A stretch of DNA of 64,000 bases, from NCBI RefSeq assembly GCF_009914755.1, contig NC_060938.1. One strand, 5' to 3'. The translations under genes and the position numbers were made by a program. Below are positions 28,620 to 43,160 of this stretch, one piece after another. The notes below the pieces were generated by a model that searched no databases, was not told the DNA's origin, and saw nothing but the letters and a program-made list of their open reading frames with translations. Positions within the stretch are counted from its first letter, which is position 1. Every line of letters begins with the position of its first letter. Source of the stretch: the human T2T-CHM13v2.0 reference genome, Homo sapiens.

Positions 28620-29850
28620 TTATTTCTTCTGCTTGAAGTTCACTGGGATTCTTGGATCTTTAGAATATGGTTTTCATTAAATTTTAAAAATTACAGTCTT
28701 TAGTTCTTCAGGTATTTTTCTGCTTTGCCCTCCTTCAAAGACTCCAATTACATGTATTTTAGGCCATTTGAAGCTGTTCCACATGTTGCTGACCCTCTGT
28801 TCAATTTTTTCCTTAACCTGCTTTCTCTCTGTATTTCATTTTCAATAGTTCCTATTATTATATCTTCGAGTACATTAATCTTTTCTTCTGCAATGCCTAA
28901 TTTGTTGTTAATCTTTAGCAATGCACTTTTCATCTCAGACATTATAATTTTTATCTCTAGAAGTTTGATTTGGGTTTTTCTTTTTATATGTCCCATGTCT
29001 CAACATACTCATTTCTTGAGGTCATTAAACACATGAAATTCAGGGAAAAGTTATAAGAATTGTTTTAATAGCCTTGTCTACTAATTCTATCAGTTATGTC
29101 ATTTCTGAATCAGTTTCAGTTGATTTATTTTTCTCCTCATTATGAGTCATATTTTCTTTCTCCTTTGAATGCCTGGTGATTTTTTATTAGATGTTGAAGA
29201 CAGTGAATTTTACTTTGTTGAATGTTGGATATTTTATATTCTCATAAATATTATTAAGTGTTATTCTGGGATATAGTTATGTTACTTGGAAATAGTTTGA
29301 TTCTTTTGGATCTTACTTTTAGTATTTATTAGACAAGACCAGAGCAACATTTAGACTTCATCCTACTGCTAAGATAAAGCACATCTGAGCGTTCTACCTG
29401 CTCTCCCATGAGTTATTAGGTTTTTGATTCTGGCTGGTGGGAACAGGAACTCTTCCCAGGCCTGTGGGAGCTCTGGGGATTACTTCCTTTGACTTTTTTT
29501 TTTTTTTCTTTTTTGTGGTTCTTTCCCAGCGTTGGGTACATTCCACACATACATGTGCTGGTCAGCACTTAGTTAAAGAGTTGAAGGGAACCCAGAAATT
29601 CTCGAAATTTCTCCCAGCACCTCTCTCTGTTCTCTGATACCCTATCCTGTGAGCTCTAGTAACCTTAGCCTCCTAGCAATATCCCCTCAACTCAGGGAGA
29701 CTACAAAGCCCTCTAAGCAATCAGCTTGGATAACTTGAGACTATGCTCAATTTGTTTTTCATCTCTCAGGGATCCCTGTTCTTCTTGAAAATGTCCCATT
29801 GTTTAAAATGATTCCTCAAGTATTTTTAAATTATTTTTATGCATTTTATT
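28620..29850 (-). mobile_element. Old L1M (L1ME/L1M4) 5' region including the ORF1 coiled coil
   Basis: ORF 28748-28996 (IKLLEIKIIMSEMKSALLKINNKLGIAEEKINVLED) is ORF1p-like. Confidence 0.8.
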
Positions 29851-30481
29851 TTTGAGGCTACTTTTAGTTTCTTTTACTTCTCCTGGTCATAAACTAAAGT
29901 TGGGTTTAGGTTTCTATCATAACATGACTCATATAATTAGAATCTTTGAGAAGAATCTAGAGAAATATGTTTTGCTGAAAAAAAATGCTGATTTATTTAT
30001 TTATTTATTTTTGAGATCACGGCCAATTTTATCCTTAGTTTAGGGAGCAGTTCTCTTTGAACCAACTCACTTTCTTCAATTGCCCTTTCTAAGAGTCTGA
30101 TAAACTGGGTTCATGCCTTAGATTGCTTTTAACAAGCTATATTATATCAGACTAATGACCTGAACTCTCTTGCCTCAATATCTTTAAATCTGAAAAATGG
30201 GAATTTTATCGCCTACATAATGTACTAATAATTAGTAAATTAGAAACAAACAAACATATATACATATATGTGCAATGGCTTCCTCGTAGGAAATGTCTGG
30301 AAAACTATTGTCTAATTAAAGGCAATTGAAAGCTGTACACTTTAAAATGTTACGATTCATTCATTGTCCCAAAGCCAATAACAGCTTTTTTTAATCCATC
30401 TGCCTATTTGTTTATTTATTTATTCATCTTCATTTTCATCAAGAGAGATCTGTAAAATGTGTTCCTTTAACAAGGAACTCA

Positions 30482-30799
30482 GGCTGGGCTTGGTGGCTCA
30501 GCCTGTAATCCCAGCACTTTCGGAGGTAGAGGCAGGAGGATCACTTGAGCTCAGGAATTGGAGACCAGCCTGGGCAACATAGAAAAACTTTGCCTCTACA
30601 AAAATTAAAAAAAAAAAAAAAAATCAACTTGGCCAGGTGTGGAGTGATGTGTGCCTATGGTCCTATTATAGTCCCAGCTACTTGGGAGGCTGAGGCAGGA
30701 GGATCACTTAAACTCAGGAGATTGAGGCTGCGGTGAGCTATGACTGTGCGGCTGTACTCCAGCCTGGGCAACAGAGCCAGATCCTATATTAAAAAAAAG
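30482..30799 (+). mobile_element. AluJ
   Basis: 'ggaggatcacttgagctcagga' J-type arms, long middle A tract, A tail. Confidence 0.93.
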
Positions 30800-32089
30800 A
30801 GATAGAGCTCAAATTTGGACTTTATTCTTTTACTTTCTCTAATAACAGCTATACTCTAAAAGATGCAGGAATAAAATATTTATTTGAAATTGAGTGTGTT
30901 TGCAGCAGTGTATTTCACATATATATGAGATTGAAGTTTCTCTTACAGGTAAAAATAAGTCCTCAATTAATTGCCTCAGCCCAGGAAGAAGGCATTTTCA
31001 TTTGGGAACCTGCTGAGAGGTCTGCAGGAGACTCATGATAGGCAGCGCCAGCAGCTCCCATAACTTCGCCTGGGTCTCACCAGGCCACGTGCACAGAGCT
31101 GCCCACACACCTCAGTCAAAAGAGCTCTCGCCATCTATCCCACTGGAGAGAGATCATTAAAAATGCAGCCAAGTGTAATGCTCTCACATTCTGCCATTCT
31201 GTGCTTTATGTAAAGGAAACTTCCCCTGTACTGGCATTGGTATTTAAGCTTCCAGAGGCTTCCAGCGGCTTCCAGATGATGCTTACAGTGGGCTCACTGA
31301 CGTAATTTATTTCCCTCCATCTTAGATTGTCAACTCTATCATGACCTGCAACTGAAACCAGAGTGATTTCTCTATGTCCCTGGAATTATGGGAGTAAGAA
31401 GAAGGAGGCGAAATTCTATTTTTTCTCATCTATGTTATTCAGAATAAAAATAAAATCATTCTTAATTGCCCACTGTAGTAGACATGCGCGGTGTCTGTTA
31501 AACTCACAACATCGTCTTAGCTTCTTTTCTTACTCACAGAAAGGGGCCCTGAGAATCCACACAATGGCACAGTGGGTTGGGCTAGATGTAAACAGGTGAT
31601 ATAAGATGGGCCAAATGAATTTGGAATTCAAATTTTATAAGCTATATTTCATAGTAGGTTAGCTCCCAGCAAACACAAAGTCTATGGGGGAGTCTTTAAA
31701 AATTCAGAGCTATGATTTCAGTGTCTTTCACCTCGTAGATACTGTATATAGTAAAGCAGATCTGCAGATAGAAAAGAAGAAGTTGGATTGAACTGAGAGA
31801 AGTTGAAATATGACATCTTTGTGCATTTCCTAGACTGTATAGATGCTGTCCCATGCCTTGTTCAAGGACTGGGTGTATTACCCCAGTGGAAGACATGACT
31901 GTGGGCTTCAACTAAATGCCCAGTTTTTATTTTATCCAATTTGTTTTGGTTTCTTCTGCTTGCAAACAAAGTGCTCTAACTCAATGGGGTGACATATAGT
32001 AAAAAAATTGCTGAGCTATACCTAAACAGACAGAAAAGGTGCCAAGAAATGAGGGAACACCTAACGTGATTCCTAACAACTTTGCTGAA

Positions 32090-32250
32090 AAAATTTATTT
32101 AATCCTAAAAGGGTCTCATGGTAAGGATATTTAGTAGGTCCTTTTTACAGAAGGATAAACTGAGGCTCAGCTAATTCAAGTGATTTGGACAAGATGCTAA
32201 AGTCAGTAAGTTTTGGAATCAAAGTGTGAAGCCAGGTCAACTATATTGAA
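32090..32250 (-). mobile_element. MIR
   Basis: 'ttttacagaaggataaactgaggctcag...aagtgatttggacaag'. Confidence 0.75.
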
Positions 32251-33109
32251 AGTATGAGGATGCCACACTAGTCCTTAAAGAATGACAAAGGTGGTATATG
32301 ACATGTCACGTCTGAATTCCTTGACTACAGGTTGGTTTATTTACAGATCATAGGGACATACTTATCAAATTAACTGAAATAGAGCCTCAAATGTCATTCA
32401 AATGCAGTCAGATAGGGATACAGTCCAGCAAGGACAACCTATGTTCTCCATGTGTAATAAGCAATTAAATGAGTTTCTTGTTAATTCAATCAGAGAGGGA
32501 CAGAAATATTGAAATTCCTTGGATCAAGAAAAATAAAGTTTTTAACGCAGTTGACCTTTGTCATTTTCATGTAAGAGAAACTGATGATGAGCCACTGAAC
32601 TAGCAAATTAGCTCTTCAGAGATGTTGACAGGGTCAGTAAGAAATGAAACCCATCTTAACAAAGATGAGCTGGTTTCTTAGGTGTATGACCCAGTTTTGC
32701 AGGCTTTAGCCATGAAGAAGTTCAGAGGAACTTTGAAAACAGACTTTAAAAATGTACAGATTTTATTTGTTTTATCTTGAGACATTCGACTCTTTTCTTC
32801 CCATTCCAAAACCAGTGAAATGTAAAGGATGGGATTGCCAAATCTTATGAAAGGTGCAGTTGTTTTATCTTTTTCAACTGTTTAAAAGCAAACATTTGAA
32901 ACGCTGGGCATCTAAACTACATCAGGCACTGTTACTTCCATGGATCATTTACTCCTCACATGAGAAGAGGAAACATTCTTTCCAATTTGCAAATACACAA
33001 TTTAGAAACCAAAAATTTTCATAACTTGCTATAATCTCTTTCCCTTATCACCATGTTACAATTTAAGATCACTGTGGAGAATGTGGGGTGCAGAAATAAG
33101 GCAAAGGTT

Positions 33110-33500
33110 AGTCTGAAGATCTTCAATTTTATTGTTTATATTTTCTGGGTACAGGCTTGACTATAGTTCCTATACTTTTTTGAGATGGGCATGGACCTCT
33201 GACTGAGTTCTAGCCAATGGCTCTAAGCAGAAATGCCTTGTAGCAATTCCTCTCTGGTCTATAAAATACTCCCACTAACAATTTTTCTTGTTTCCCTCAT
33301 TCCATTGGCCCGATAGAGACAAGTCTGAAAGTCCTGTGTTAAAGGTAGGGTAGTGCAAGATGAAAGGTGCCTAGGTCCCGGAATAACATGGAGAAGAGCC
33401 ATTCACCAATTGGGAACATTTATTCTGGACCTCAAATGGCAAAACATAAATTGTAGTGTACTTGAATCCTTAAGGCATTTGGGAATCAGTGTCAACTTAG
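33110..33500 (+). mobile_element. MLT1J-like MaLR LTR
   Basis: 'tgactgagttctagccaatgg...gcagaaatg', 'cctaggtcccggaat..tggagaagagcc'. Confidence 0.6.
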
Positions 33501-33574
33501 TAGTATAAAAAGCTAAAGACCATGGGGGTGATAGCTTTGTTGGTAGGATTTTACATTGAAGCATGGTCCTTAAA

Positions 33575-33965
33575 TGTGACAATTGATTTTATTAATATGT
33601 GGCAACTTGGCTAGATTCTGGTGCCCAGTTGTTTGATCAAACAGTAGTCTAAATGTTACCATCAAGGCATTTTTCAGATGTAATTAACATTTATAATCCA
33701 TTGACTTTAATGAAAGCAGCTTACCCTCCACTCTGTGGGTGGGCCTCATCCAATCAGTTGAAGGCTTTAAATGGAAAAAGCAAGGTTTCCCAAAGAGGGA
33801 ATTATGGCTCCAGACTGCAACATAGAAATTCTGCCTGAGTTTCCAGCCTTTGGACTCAAGACTGATACACTACCTCTTATGGATCTCCAGCCTACTGGCT
33901 TGCCCTATGGATTACAGACTTGCCAGCTACCAGAACTGAGTAAGCAAATTTCTTAAACTAAATAC
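33575..33965 (+). mobile_element. MLT2 (D-like) ERVL LTR
   Basis: 'caacttggctag...gtgcccagttgtttgatcaaac', 'gtgggtgggcctcatccaatcagttgaaggc'. Confidence 0.85.
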
Positions 33966-34130
33966 ATGCATACATACATGTTATATATATATTATATATA
34001 CAAATATATCAATATACTATATACTATATAAGTCTAATATAGGTTATATATATTAAAATATAATAATATATGTTATATGTAATATTTATTTAAAGAAATT
34101 AACTTAAATGCATTTATTTATTTATTTTAA
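33965..34130. repeat. AT-rich / degenerate (TA)n tract
   Basis: Directly visible; follows the MLT2 body. Confidence 0.85.
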
Positions 34131-34329
34131 GCACTATAGACACACATGGAAAGAGAGAGAAGTGGGAGGTGGTACTTGGGACCCTGACTGATGAATGAGA
34201 TGCTACTACTGACTGGCATGCTCTCATTTCTGGAGAGTCAGGGAAAAACAGTAGGGAGAATCAGCCAGTTTCCAGGACTCCTAACCAACATCCTGTGTCA
34301 TGGGGACACTGGTTGAAATCCTCTGTCAT

Positions 34330-34740
34330 GTTCCATGGCAGACAGTCCTGCTGACTCAGGTATTCACTGTCCCTCCCAAAGGAGGATTATGCTTTCTAGC
34401 CCCACTGACATCAGGCGTGGCCACTTGACCTGCTCCGTCTGATGACACCTGATCAGAGGGGCATATGTCACATCTAGTCAGAGGCTTTAAGAGTCAACAT
34501 AGAGTTCCTTCTCTTTTCCTTTTGGAGCATGGCTTGCAATGTTCTAGAGACAGGCTGCACCCTCTGCGTGGGTCCCAGAGACCCACATGTGAAGTAGGGC
34601 CACAGCCAGCCCACTGTGAGGCAACAGCCGACTCACTATGGAGCCACAGCATGAGCAAGAAATGAGCCTTCTCTACTGAAAGCCACACAAAATGTATAGT
34701 GATTTGTTATTGCAGCATATATTAACCTACCCTGACTCAT
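34330..34740 (+). mobile_element. MLT1I-like MaLR LTR
   Basis: 'ccccactgacatcaggcgtggccac', 'gaggctttaagagtca', 3' 'ttgttattgcagcata...cctgact'. Confidence 0.75.
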
Positions 34741-34764
34741 CTGTATCTAACTATCCACAACTAT

Positions 34765-35259
<495 letters not shown>

Positions 35260-35424
35260 ACTATCTCATGCTTTTAAAACTCCTCTCCACACAGTGATCC
35301 AGGAAGCCATCACCTTCAGGGCAGACAAGACAAAACTCGAAAGTAATGCATAATCTCCACTCTACAAAGAATCAGCCAATTCTTGGGGAGGAGCAGTGGA
35401 AGTAATTTTTTTTTTAACAAGGTG

Positions 35425-35613
35425 CTAGGTAATACCTATTTTAGGATTTGCAAGCTTTATTTGGCACCTCTTACATATTCTTCTTGTCATTTTTTTCTGT
35501 CTCCTTCTCTTTTTATAGTTCTTTAAACATGTAAAAGCAATTCTTAGTTGGAGGGACATATAAAAACAGGTCATGGCCAAATTTGGCCAGTGAGCAGAGT
35601 TTGACAATCCCTG
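35425..35613. mobile_element. MER58 hAT MITE fragment
   Basis: 'aaacatgtaaaagcaattcttag...aaaaacagg..ggccaaatttggcc...gtttgacaatccctg'. Confidence 0.8.
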
Positions 35614-37197
35614 ATCTAACCAACACTTATGGCATCTATTTCTATTGATTTTCTTTATGGGAGATTCCCATCTAACCTCTATTCTGGAAGGAGCTCAAGA
35701 CCACCCTTCGTGCAGGTAAACATTCAGCGCACAAGGTGTATGCCTGCATTCATCCATTCAATGTACTTTCGCTGAGAGCTAACTGTGAGTCATCAGCTCT
35801 TCTCTAGCTGGTTTCACTTCAATAACATGGGAGGTGATGCATCCCCTTGGCTCATCTGTCAGCAGTGAGGTAGACTTATTCATTACTAGAGACTTTAAGT
35901 ACAGCTAATTTTTTGTTTATATGAACAAATATTGATGAGCCACATTGCAAAATAACAAAGAACTTCTGGTGTGGGTGTTTAGCATAGTCTCATTTGATAG
36001 GAAAACTGTGTTGGTGGCACGGATTCTGTTATGTCCCTATGATGGCCATCAGTGGTCCATAGAGGTTATGAATGCACTGGGCTAGGGTTGTCATGAGCAT
36101 GTGGATGAAACAAATGCTTACAGTTCCTCACTGGAAAACCCCACTGCAAATTAATCTTCAAAATTGGTTCCTGTTTCCAATACTGCAGGAATTCCAGCCT
36201 TCCGAGTTTTATTACAAGACAATAGATAGAGTGAGCAGGGGCACATATTTCCGTAAGGAAGTTGTGATGCCCTGTATTTCAGCTCTACAGGTAGGAGCCC
36301 TATAAGAGTTCACATTGGCTGAATCTGATGATTTTGCAATCTTTTCTAACAATGTTGTCCAACTTAGCTACTGCCTCTTCTAGTCTTTGGCGTTTGCTTT
36401 CAAATTCTGCTTGTCCATCTGTTATTTGTCCTCTGGCATTGTTGCCTGCCCATTTTTTCATGTTTTTCTGGGTTTTTTTTCCTGTCTTCCCAGTGATTTT
36501 GCAATATGAGCCTACTGTTTGATTTTTCTATCTTGCTCCCTTTTTGAGGACAGGCTATGAGAAATTCTAGAACTGGAGAGAAGTGTAGGGTCTTATTTCT
36601 CTGGTGGCGTATGTCTGCATCCAAAGTGCGTGTTTACAGAAACACAGGGTATAAAGCTCTATGCTTATAAAGCCACAAAGTTAATGTGGACTGTTTTCCC
36701 AGAAAATTTGACATCACAATGAGTTGAAACTTTTATTGTCATCAATATGGGTCTGTTATAGAAACGGCCAATATGTTTTCTTGTTTTTAAGTAAATATAA
36801 AAACAATATTGCTGAATGCCTCTTTAGGTTTTGCCTCAAGTTATCTCTCCCTACTCTTAGAGAACATGTGTACAAAAAGCAACCTGGGAAACACTGACTA
36901 AGCCATAGGGTGAGTGGGGGAGATCCTCAATGCATGCCCCTCAATGCTTCCTGAGCACCAGGCACTGTGCTTGATCTTCCGCATGTATCATCCTAATGAT
37001 AATCTTTATAATACATGGGGCCACAATATTTACACCTTTGACAAAATCAAGACTGAAAGAGCCAAATTAAGGATAACAGGATAATGTTATTCCCATTTTA
37101 TTAAGTACCTTTTCTAAGGCCATGCGTAAGAAAGATATTAACACAGCATTTTAAGTTGAGAGCTGTTCTCCCCTTATAAGGAGAGATTTTTTGCTGG

Positions 37198-37587
37198 TAT
37201 TATGGTCTGAATTGTATATGCCCCCATCCCCCAAAAAAAGCCTGTGTTGAAGTACTAAGTCCCAGTACCTCAGACTGTGACCATATTTGGAGATAGGGTC
37301 TTTAAGGGGGTTATTAAGTTAAAATGAAGTCATTGGGGTGGGCCTTAATGCAGTATCACTGATTTTCTTATTTAAAAAGGACACAGAAACACACAGAGGA
37401 AGACGATCTGAAGACACAGGGAGAAGACAGCTATCTGAGGCCAGGAGAGGGGCTGCAGAAGGTACCAGCCCTACCGGCACCTTGATCTTGGACTTCCGGC
37501 CTCCAGAACTGTGAGAAAATAACTTTCTGTGGTATTAGTCACCTACTCTGTGGCATTTTGTCACAGCAGCCACAGGAAACTAATACA
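37198..37587 (+). mobile_element. MLT1B MaLR solo LTR
   Basis: 'cccagtacctcaga..tgtgaccatatttggagatagggtcttt', 'cctccagaactgtgagaaaataa', ends 'aactaataca'. Confidence 0.9.
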
Positions 37588-37665
37588 GGAAACTAATGAC
37601 AAGGTATTCTCTCCATCTCTATCTATCTGTAATCTATAACTGTATCATCTATATCTATATCTATA

Positions 37666-38116
37666 TCGGTTGACTTTACCTTATCTGAAATGCTTGGGAT
37701 GAGAAGTGTTCCAGATTTGGGAATTTTAACAATTTTGGAATATTTACATTACCCTATGGATATCATGCAGGACTTTTTGACATTTTCAACAATGTCTTTG
37801 CACCATAGAGGACAGAATAAGAAAACAAAAACAGTGAGTAATGCACATAGGTCTGGGCCCCATGTGGGGCATGGCGGGGAACCTGCCCTTGGCACATCCA
37901 GCCTGTACACATGCCGTTTTATTACTATTTGTGTGCGTGTTTGCAAGGGGGAAATTGGGTATGCATGGAAAAGACATGCTACAGCTGAAGGGGTCAGTCA
38001 CATGAGGTCAGTGTGAAATTTTCCACTAATTCAATCATGGTGGCCAACACTCAAAAAGTGTAGGATTTTGGAGCATTTAGAATTTTGGGTTTTCCCATTA
38101 GTGATAATCAATCTGT
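37666..38116. mobile_element. Tigger4 (MER46/Zombi) derivative within a (TATC)n tract
   Basis: 'ggttga..ccttatctgaaatgcttggga..agaagtgtt', 'ctcaaaaag..ggattttggagcattt...tcaatctgta'. TA at the ends; TATC repeats on both flanks. Confidence 0.85.
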
Positions 38117-38898
38117 ATCTATATCTATCTATCCAATCTATTATAAATCATCTATCAATATTCAAATATAGTAGATATAGAGACATATGTAATTCAAATA
38201 TAAAACATTATAAAGGGGATTTAGTCTTCCCTTTCTAACTATTGTAAGATAGAACCTATTTTAATGACAACATAGTGTCTTCCAATCTTTACCCATCTAT
38301 ACACTTGCGAGGTTTCTACACAGTGGTAATTCCAGCATACACATGCATGTATGTTCTAATATTTCCCCTTATCATTAACACTCAAATATTTATAAAAATT
38401 AAAAAGTCTGTTAAATTACATTCTATTTCTTTGTAGCAATATATTGAAATGTTATTATATATTTTTATTTTTGTATGTTCATCACATTAATAATCATTTT
38501 AGAAAATGAACAGAGTAGAAATAGAATCTCCAGAATAAATTTAAAAGTCCTTCATAATTTTATTATTCAGAGATGGTATGTGAACATTTTGCTGTTAATG
38601 TTTTCATTTTACATTTGCATAAATACACACATATACACATTGAAATGTATACATATTCAATGTACTTTTCTGTGTTCTTTATATAAGAAAAGTACTAAAT
38701 CCTTACCTGTTATCTCTGAAGCAAATATTTTCCCAGATTTGTGTTGTTTTTATTTTCATTTAAAAGGTTTTTTTTTTTTTGTTTGTTTTTTACATTCAAA
38801 TCTCTTGAATTGTATGAGATATTTTTTCTGTCATTTTCATGCTTCAAAATTATGCCTCTATCCTGAGATCATATAAGTATTCACCTGGACACTATATG

Positions 38899-39263
38899 TG
38901 TTATGGACTAAATGTTTGTGCCCCCCAAAATTCATATGTTGAAATTCTAATCCCCAGTAGCATGGCATCAGGAAGTGGGGCCTTTGGCAGGTAATTAGGT
39001 CATGAATGCAGAGCCCTCATGAATGGGATTAGTGCCCTTGTAAGAAGGGGAAGAGAGCTAGCCCTCTCTCTTTCTCCCACGTGAGAACACAATGAAAAGT
39101 CTGTAGTCTGCAAGCCAGGAAGAGAGCCCTGACCAGAACCCAGCCAGGCTAGCACCCTGATCTCAGTCTTCCAGCCTCCACCACTATGAGAGATAAATTT
39201 CTGTTGTTTATAAGCTGCCCAGTCGATGGTACTTTGTTAGAACACCTCAAACAAACTAAGACA
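38899..39263 (+). mobile_element. MLT1A-like MaLR solo LTR (inside old antisense L1ME sequence)
   Basis: 'tgttatggactaaatgtttgtg..ccaaaattcatatgttgaa...gagccctcatgaatgggattagtgccc...aactaagaca'. Confidence 0.9.
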
Positions 39264-39409
39264 ACATAGTTTCACTTTTTCTACCTAGTTATTTAATCTC
39301 TCTGGAATTTACCACTACAGCGTATTTTATGGAAGCCTATACTAATGTTTCTCAAGAGGTTAATAAGCGAGCCCAGTGATATGTTTTGAACTGTTCTTCC
39401 CTTTGCCGC

Positions 39410-40365
<956 letters not shown>

Positions 40366-41014
40366 TCATTACTTTTCTATCACGTGTTACTATAGTTCAT
40401 CTTTGATAAGTATTCGATAACTTCTTTATCACATGTTACTATATTTCCTTTTTGTTCTATACATCATGACCTGCCAATGAACTCTGTACTCAGGCCTGTG
40501 CTCTGTTGCTGCATTATTATAGAAATATAAAATGTTTTGTGACATAGCTAGGCTAGGTGCCCTCAATTTTGTCTTCTCTCAAGAATAACTGTCTGCATTG
40601 CCTATTATTTATATATTTATTCTCCCAAATGATCCCTGGCATCATTTTTCAAGCTCCCATTCCCCAGTCTGGAGGCTATCTTATTTGAAATTGGATTTTG
40701 AGCTAGTGAAACCAATGTATTATATTGGGGAAAAATTACACCTTTACAGAGTGTGGTCTTTCTACATAGACCATACTTTTACTTTCAAATTTGATTAAAC
40801 ACACGTGTGTTGAGTGTCAACTCTTCACCAGACAGAGTTGAACATAAAGAAGTGTGCTCCATAGAGCTCTGGTTTATGTTAAGAAGATGGATGATAAATA
40901 AGTAAACAAGTGAATAAAATTATTTCAAATAATGCTAAGTGCTGGGAAGAATAGGGTAAACTGAGTGAAAGTGACTCGGCTGACAGTGGGCATGAGAGAT
41001 GGGAAAAGGCACAC

Positions 41015-41810
41015 CTGTTCCTCTTCTTATAAAGTCAATACTTCTGACACAACATCTGTAGGTTTTTTCCCACACATCAGTTCTCCAGCAGACACCAACT
41101 GGGTGTCCTATGACTTAACTTAATTCTGACACTATCTATTTGGAGATAGCATCAGATCCCATGGGTTAAATTTTCAGATCTACAAGACTGCTCCCTACTT
41201 TAGATGCCCGTTAAAGGTAGTAGGTTACCCACAACTTCAGCCAAACTTGCTTACAAATCAAGTGTTCTCCAGCCCTGTGCTCAGGTGTGATTAATTTGCT
41301 AGAGTGGCTCACAGAATGCAGGGGAACATGTGCTTATGTTTACTGGCTTATTGTAAAGGATTTTCCAAGAGATACAGATGAACAGCCAGAAGAAAAGGTG
41401 CATAGAATGAGATAGAGGAGAGAGAGCAAGGAGCTTCCATGCCCTCTCCAGGCAAGCTACCCTAGAGGTACCTCCAAGTGTTCAGCAATTTGGAAGTTCT
41501 CAGAATCCTGTCCTTTTGGGGGTTTATGAAATCTTCATTACATAGGTATGATCGACGACATCATTGACCACAGGTGATCAACCCAACCTTCAGTTTTTCT
41601 CACCTCCCCAGAATTCAAAGATGAGGCTGAAAATTTCGATCCCCCAGTTCTAGGGCTGGTACCTCAGACAAGGCCCCATCTTGATGCTGGGAGCCACCAG
41701 CCACCAGTCATCTCCTTAGCATACAAATTAGACACTCTTAAGTGATACTAAAAGATTCCAAGGTTTTTGGGGAGCTATGTGCCAGGAAAAAGGGGGAAAA
41801 TGATGACAAA

Positions 41811-41861
<51 letters not shown>

Positions 41862-41877
41862 CAATTACAGTATCACA
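41015..41877 (-). mobile_element. MER21 (A/B) LTR
   Basis: 'gacaccaactgggtgtccta...aattctgacactatcta..tggagatagcatcagatccca'; ends 'tacagtatcaca'. Confidence 0.85.
41816..41857. repeat. (TA)n microsatellite
   Basis: About 21 TA units inside MER21. Confidence 0.98.
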
Positions 41878-42959
41878 GTGGGCAGCTATGGAACGGAAGT
41901 AAGGGAATCCTCTTTGAGATGATTGGACGGTTTGATAACTCTCAACCAATTATGAAACCAGGAGGAAAAGCATTTGGGGAAGAGGAAATGGTAAGTGCAA
42001 ACACCCTGGAACTGCACAGGATACTATTCATGAGGGACCTGAATCAAGTCCATGCTTATATTTTTCATTAATAAGTTTATACAATGTTTCCTATATGTGT
42101 ACTGTATCCATAGTGCTTCTAGATAAAATTATATTTTCTGGCTTCTAGAGAGAATGAATTAAGATTTCCATATTTTCTAAATGATTGCTGCTAATATATG
42201 GAAAACCATTAAATTTTAGATTTTTTTGAAACAGTCTCATTACTTAACTGTGATTATTCCAAAAATTTTTTTGTTTATAAACCACTGGATTTTCTGTTCT
42301 CCTGTTTTTGAGGTAGACCCTCATAACAAATGCAATCATGATGATTTTGCAATAATCTAAATTTTGCATCTTCCTTTTAAAAAGTCATCATAGTTTTGCT
42401 CTCATTTCATATCTTAGCACTAGTTTTGTTTCCTCATGCTATCTCCAAATAAAATCCCAGTGGGAATTATTCTTCTGTTTCACAGCAAGTTGCATTTTGG
42501 TTTAAGGTAGAGGGGGTGATTCTTTTTTGATATTTTCATGTTAGATATAGGAGCTTTTCTCAATTTGGATGTATTATAAATGAAAGCACTCTAAAGTATC
42601 TGTTTTCTTCAAGTTTATTTCTCCTCTGAATAATTTCCTTTAGATATATAAAGAAGAGCTGGCTTCCTGGGTTAGAAGGAATCACTGGGGTGCTCATTGG
42701 GGATCAATGACTCTGGGCAATGTTTATCAGTTGTTTACTTGCAATGATCTATCTAAGAGTTTGCTTTATAAATAAAAATTCAGTTGTCTTGGGGGAAAAC
42801 TGAATCTTCGTTACAGCCATGGGGAGGGATGAAGAGAAGAGAGAGGCAGTCTGACCCAGGCAACATCTTGAAAACACAGCTAGGAGTCTGTTCTACTCCA
42901 TTTCTACTAAGTGGCTCCTGCCCATCAGGAATTGGCCATTCCATCCCTGTGAAAGTAGT

Positions 42960-43160
42960 AATGCATCCTGTCCTGAATCTACACCCTGCTGTTAATTTGC
43001 AGTGCAATTTGGGTGACCAGTTAACTCCTCTGAGCCTCTTTTTCCTCATGAGGGTTATGTCCTGTTTCTTGTAGGGACTGCTATTAGTATTCGATAACAT
43101 ACCCTATATAAAGTGTCAAGCATCTTGCACAGAGCAAATCCTCAAAAATGTTACCATATT
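42960..43160 (+). mobile_element. MIR
   Basis: 'ttaactcctctgagcctctttttcctcat...ataaagtg..agcatcttgcacagagcaa'. Confidence 0.7.

Larger units (their letters stand above)
40790..42020 (-). mobile_element. L2 3' region split by MER21
   Basis: 'tgttgagtgtcaactc...aaataatgctaagtgct' before the LTR and 'ggaaatggtaagtgcaaacaccctg' after it. Confidence 0.55.
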
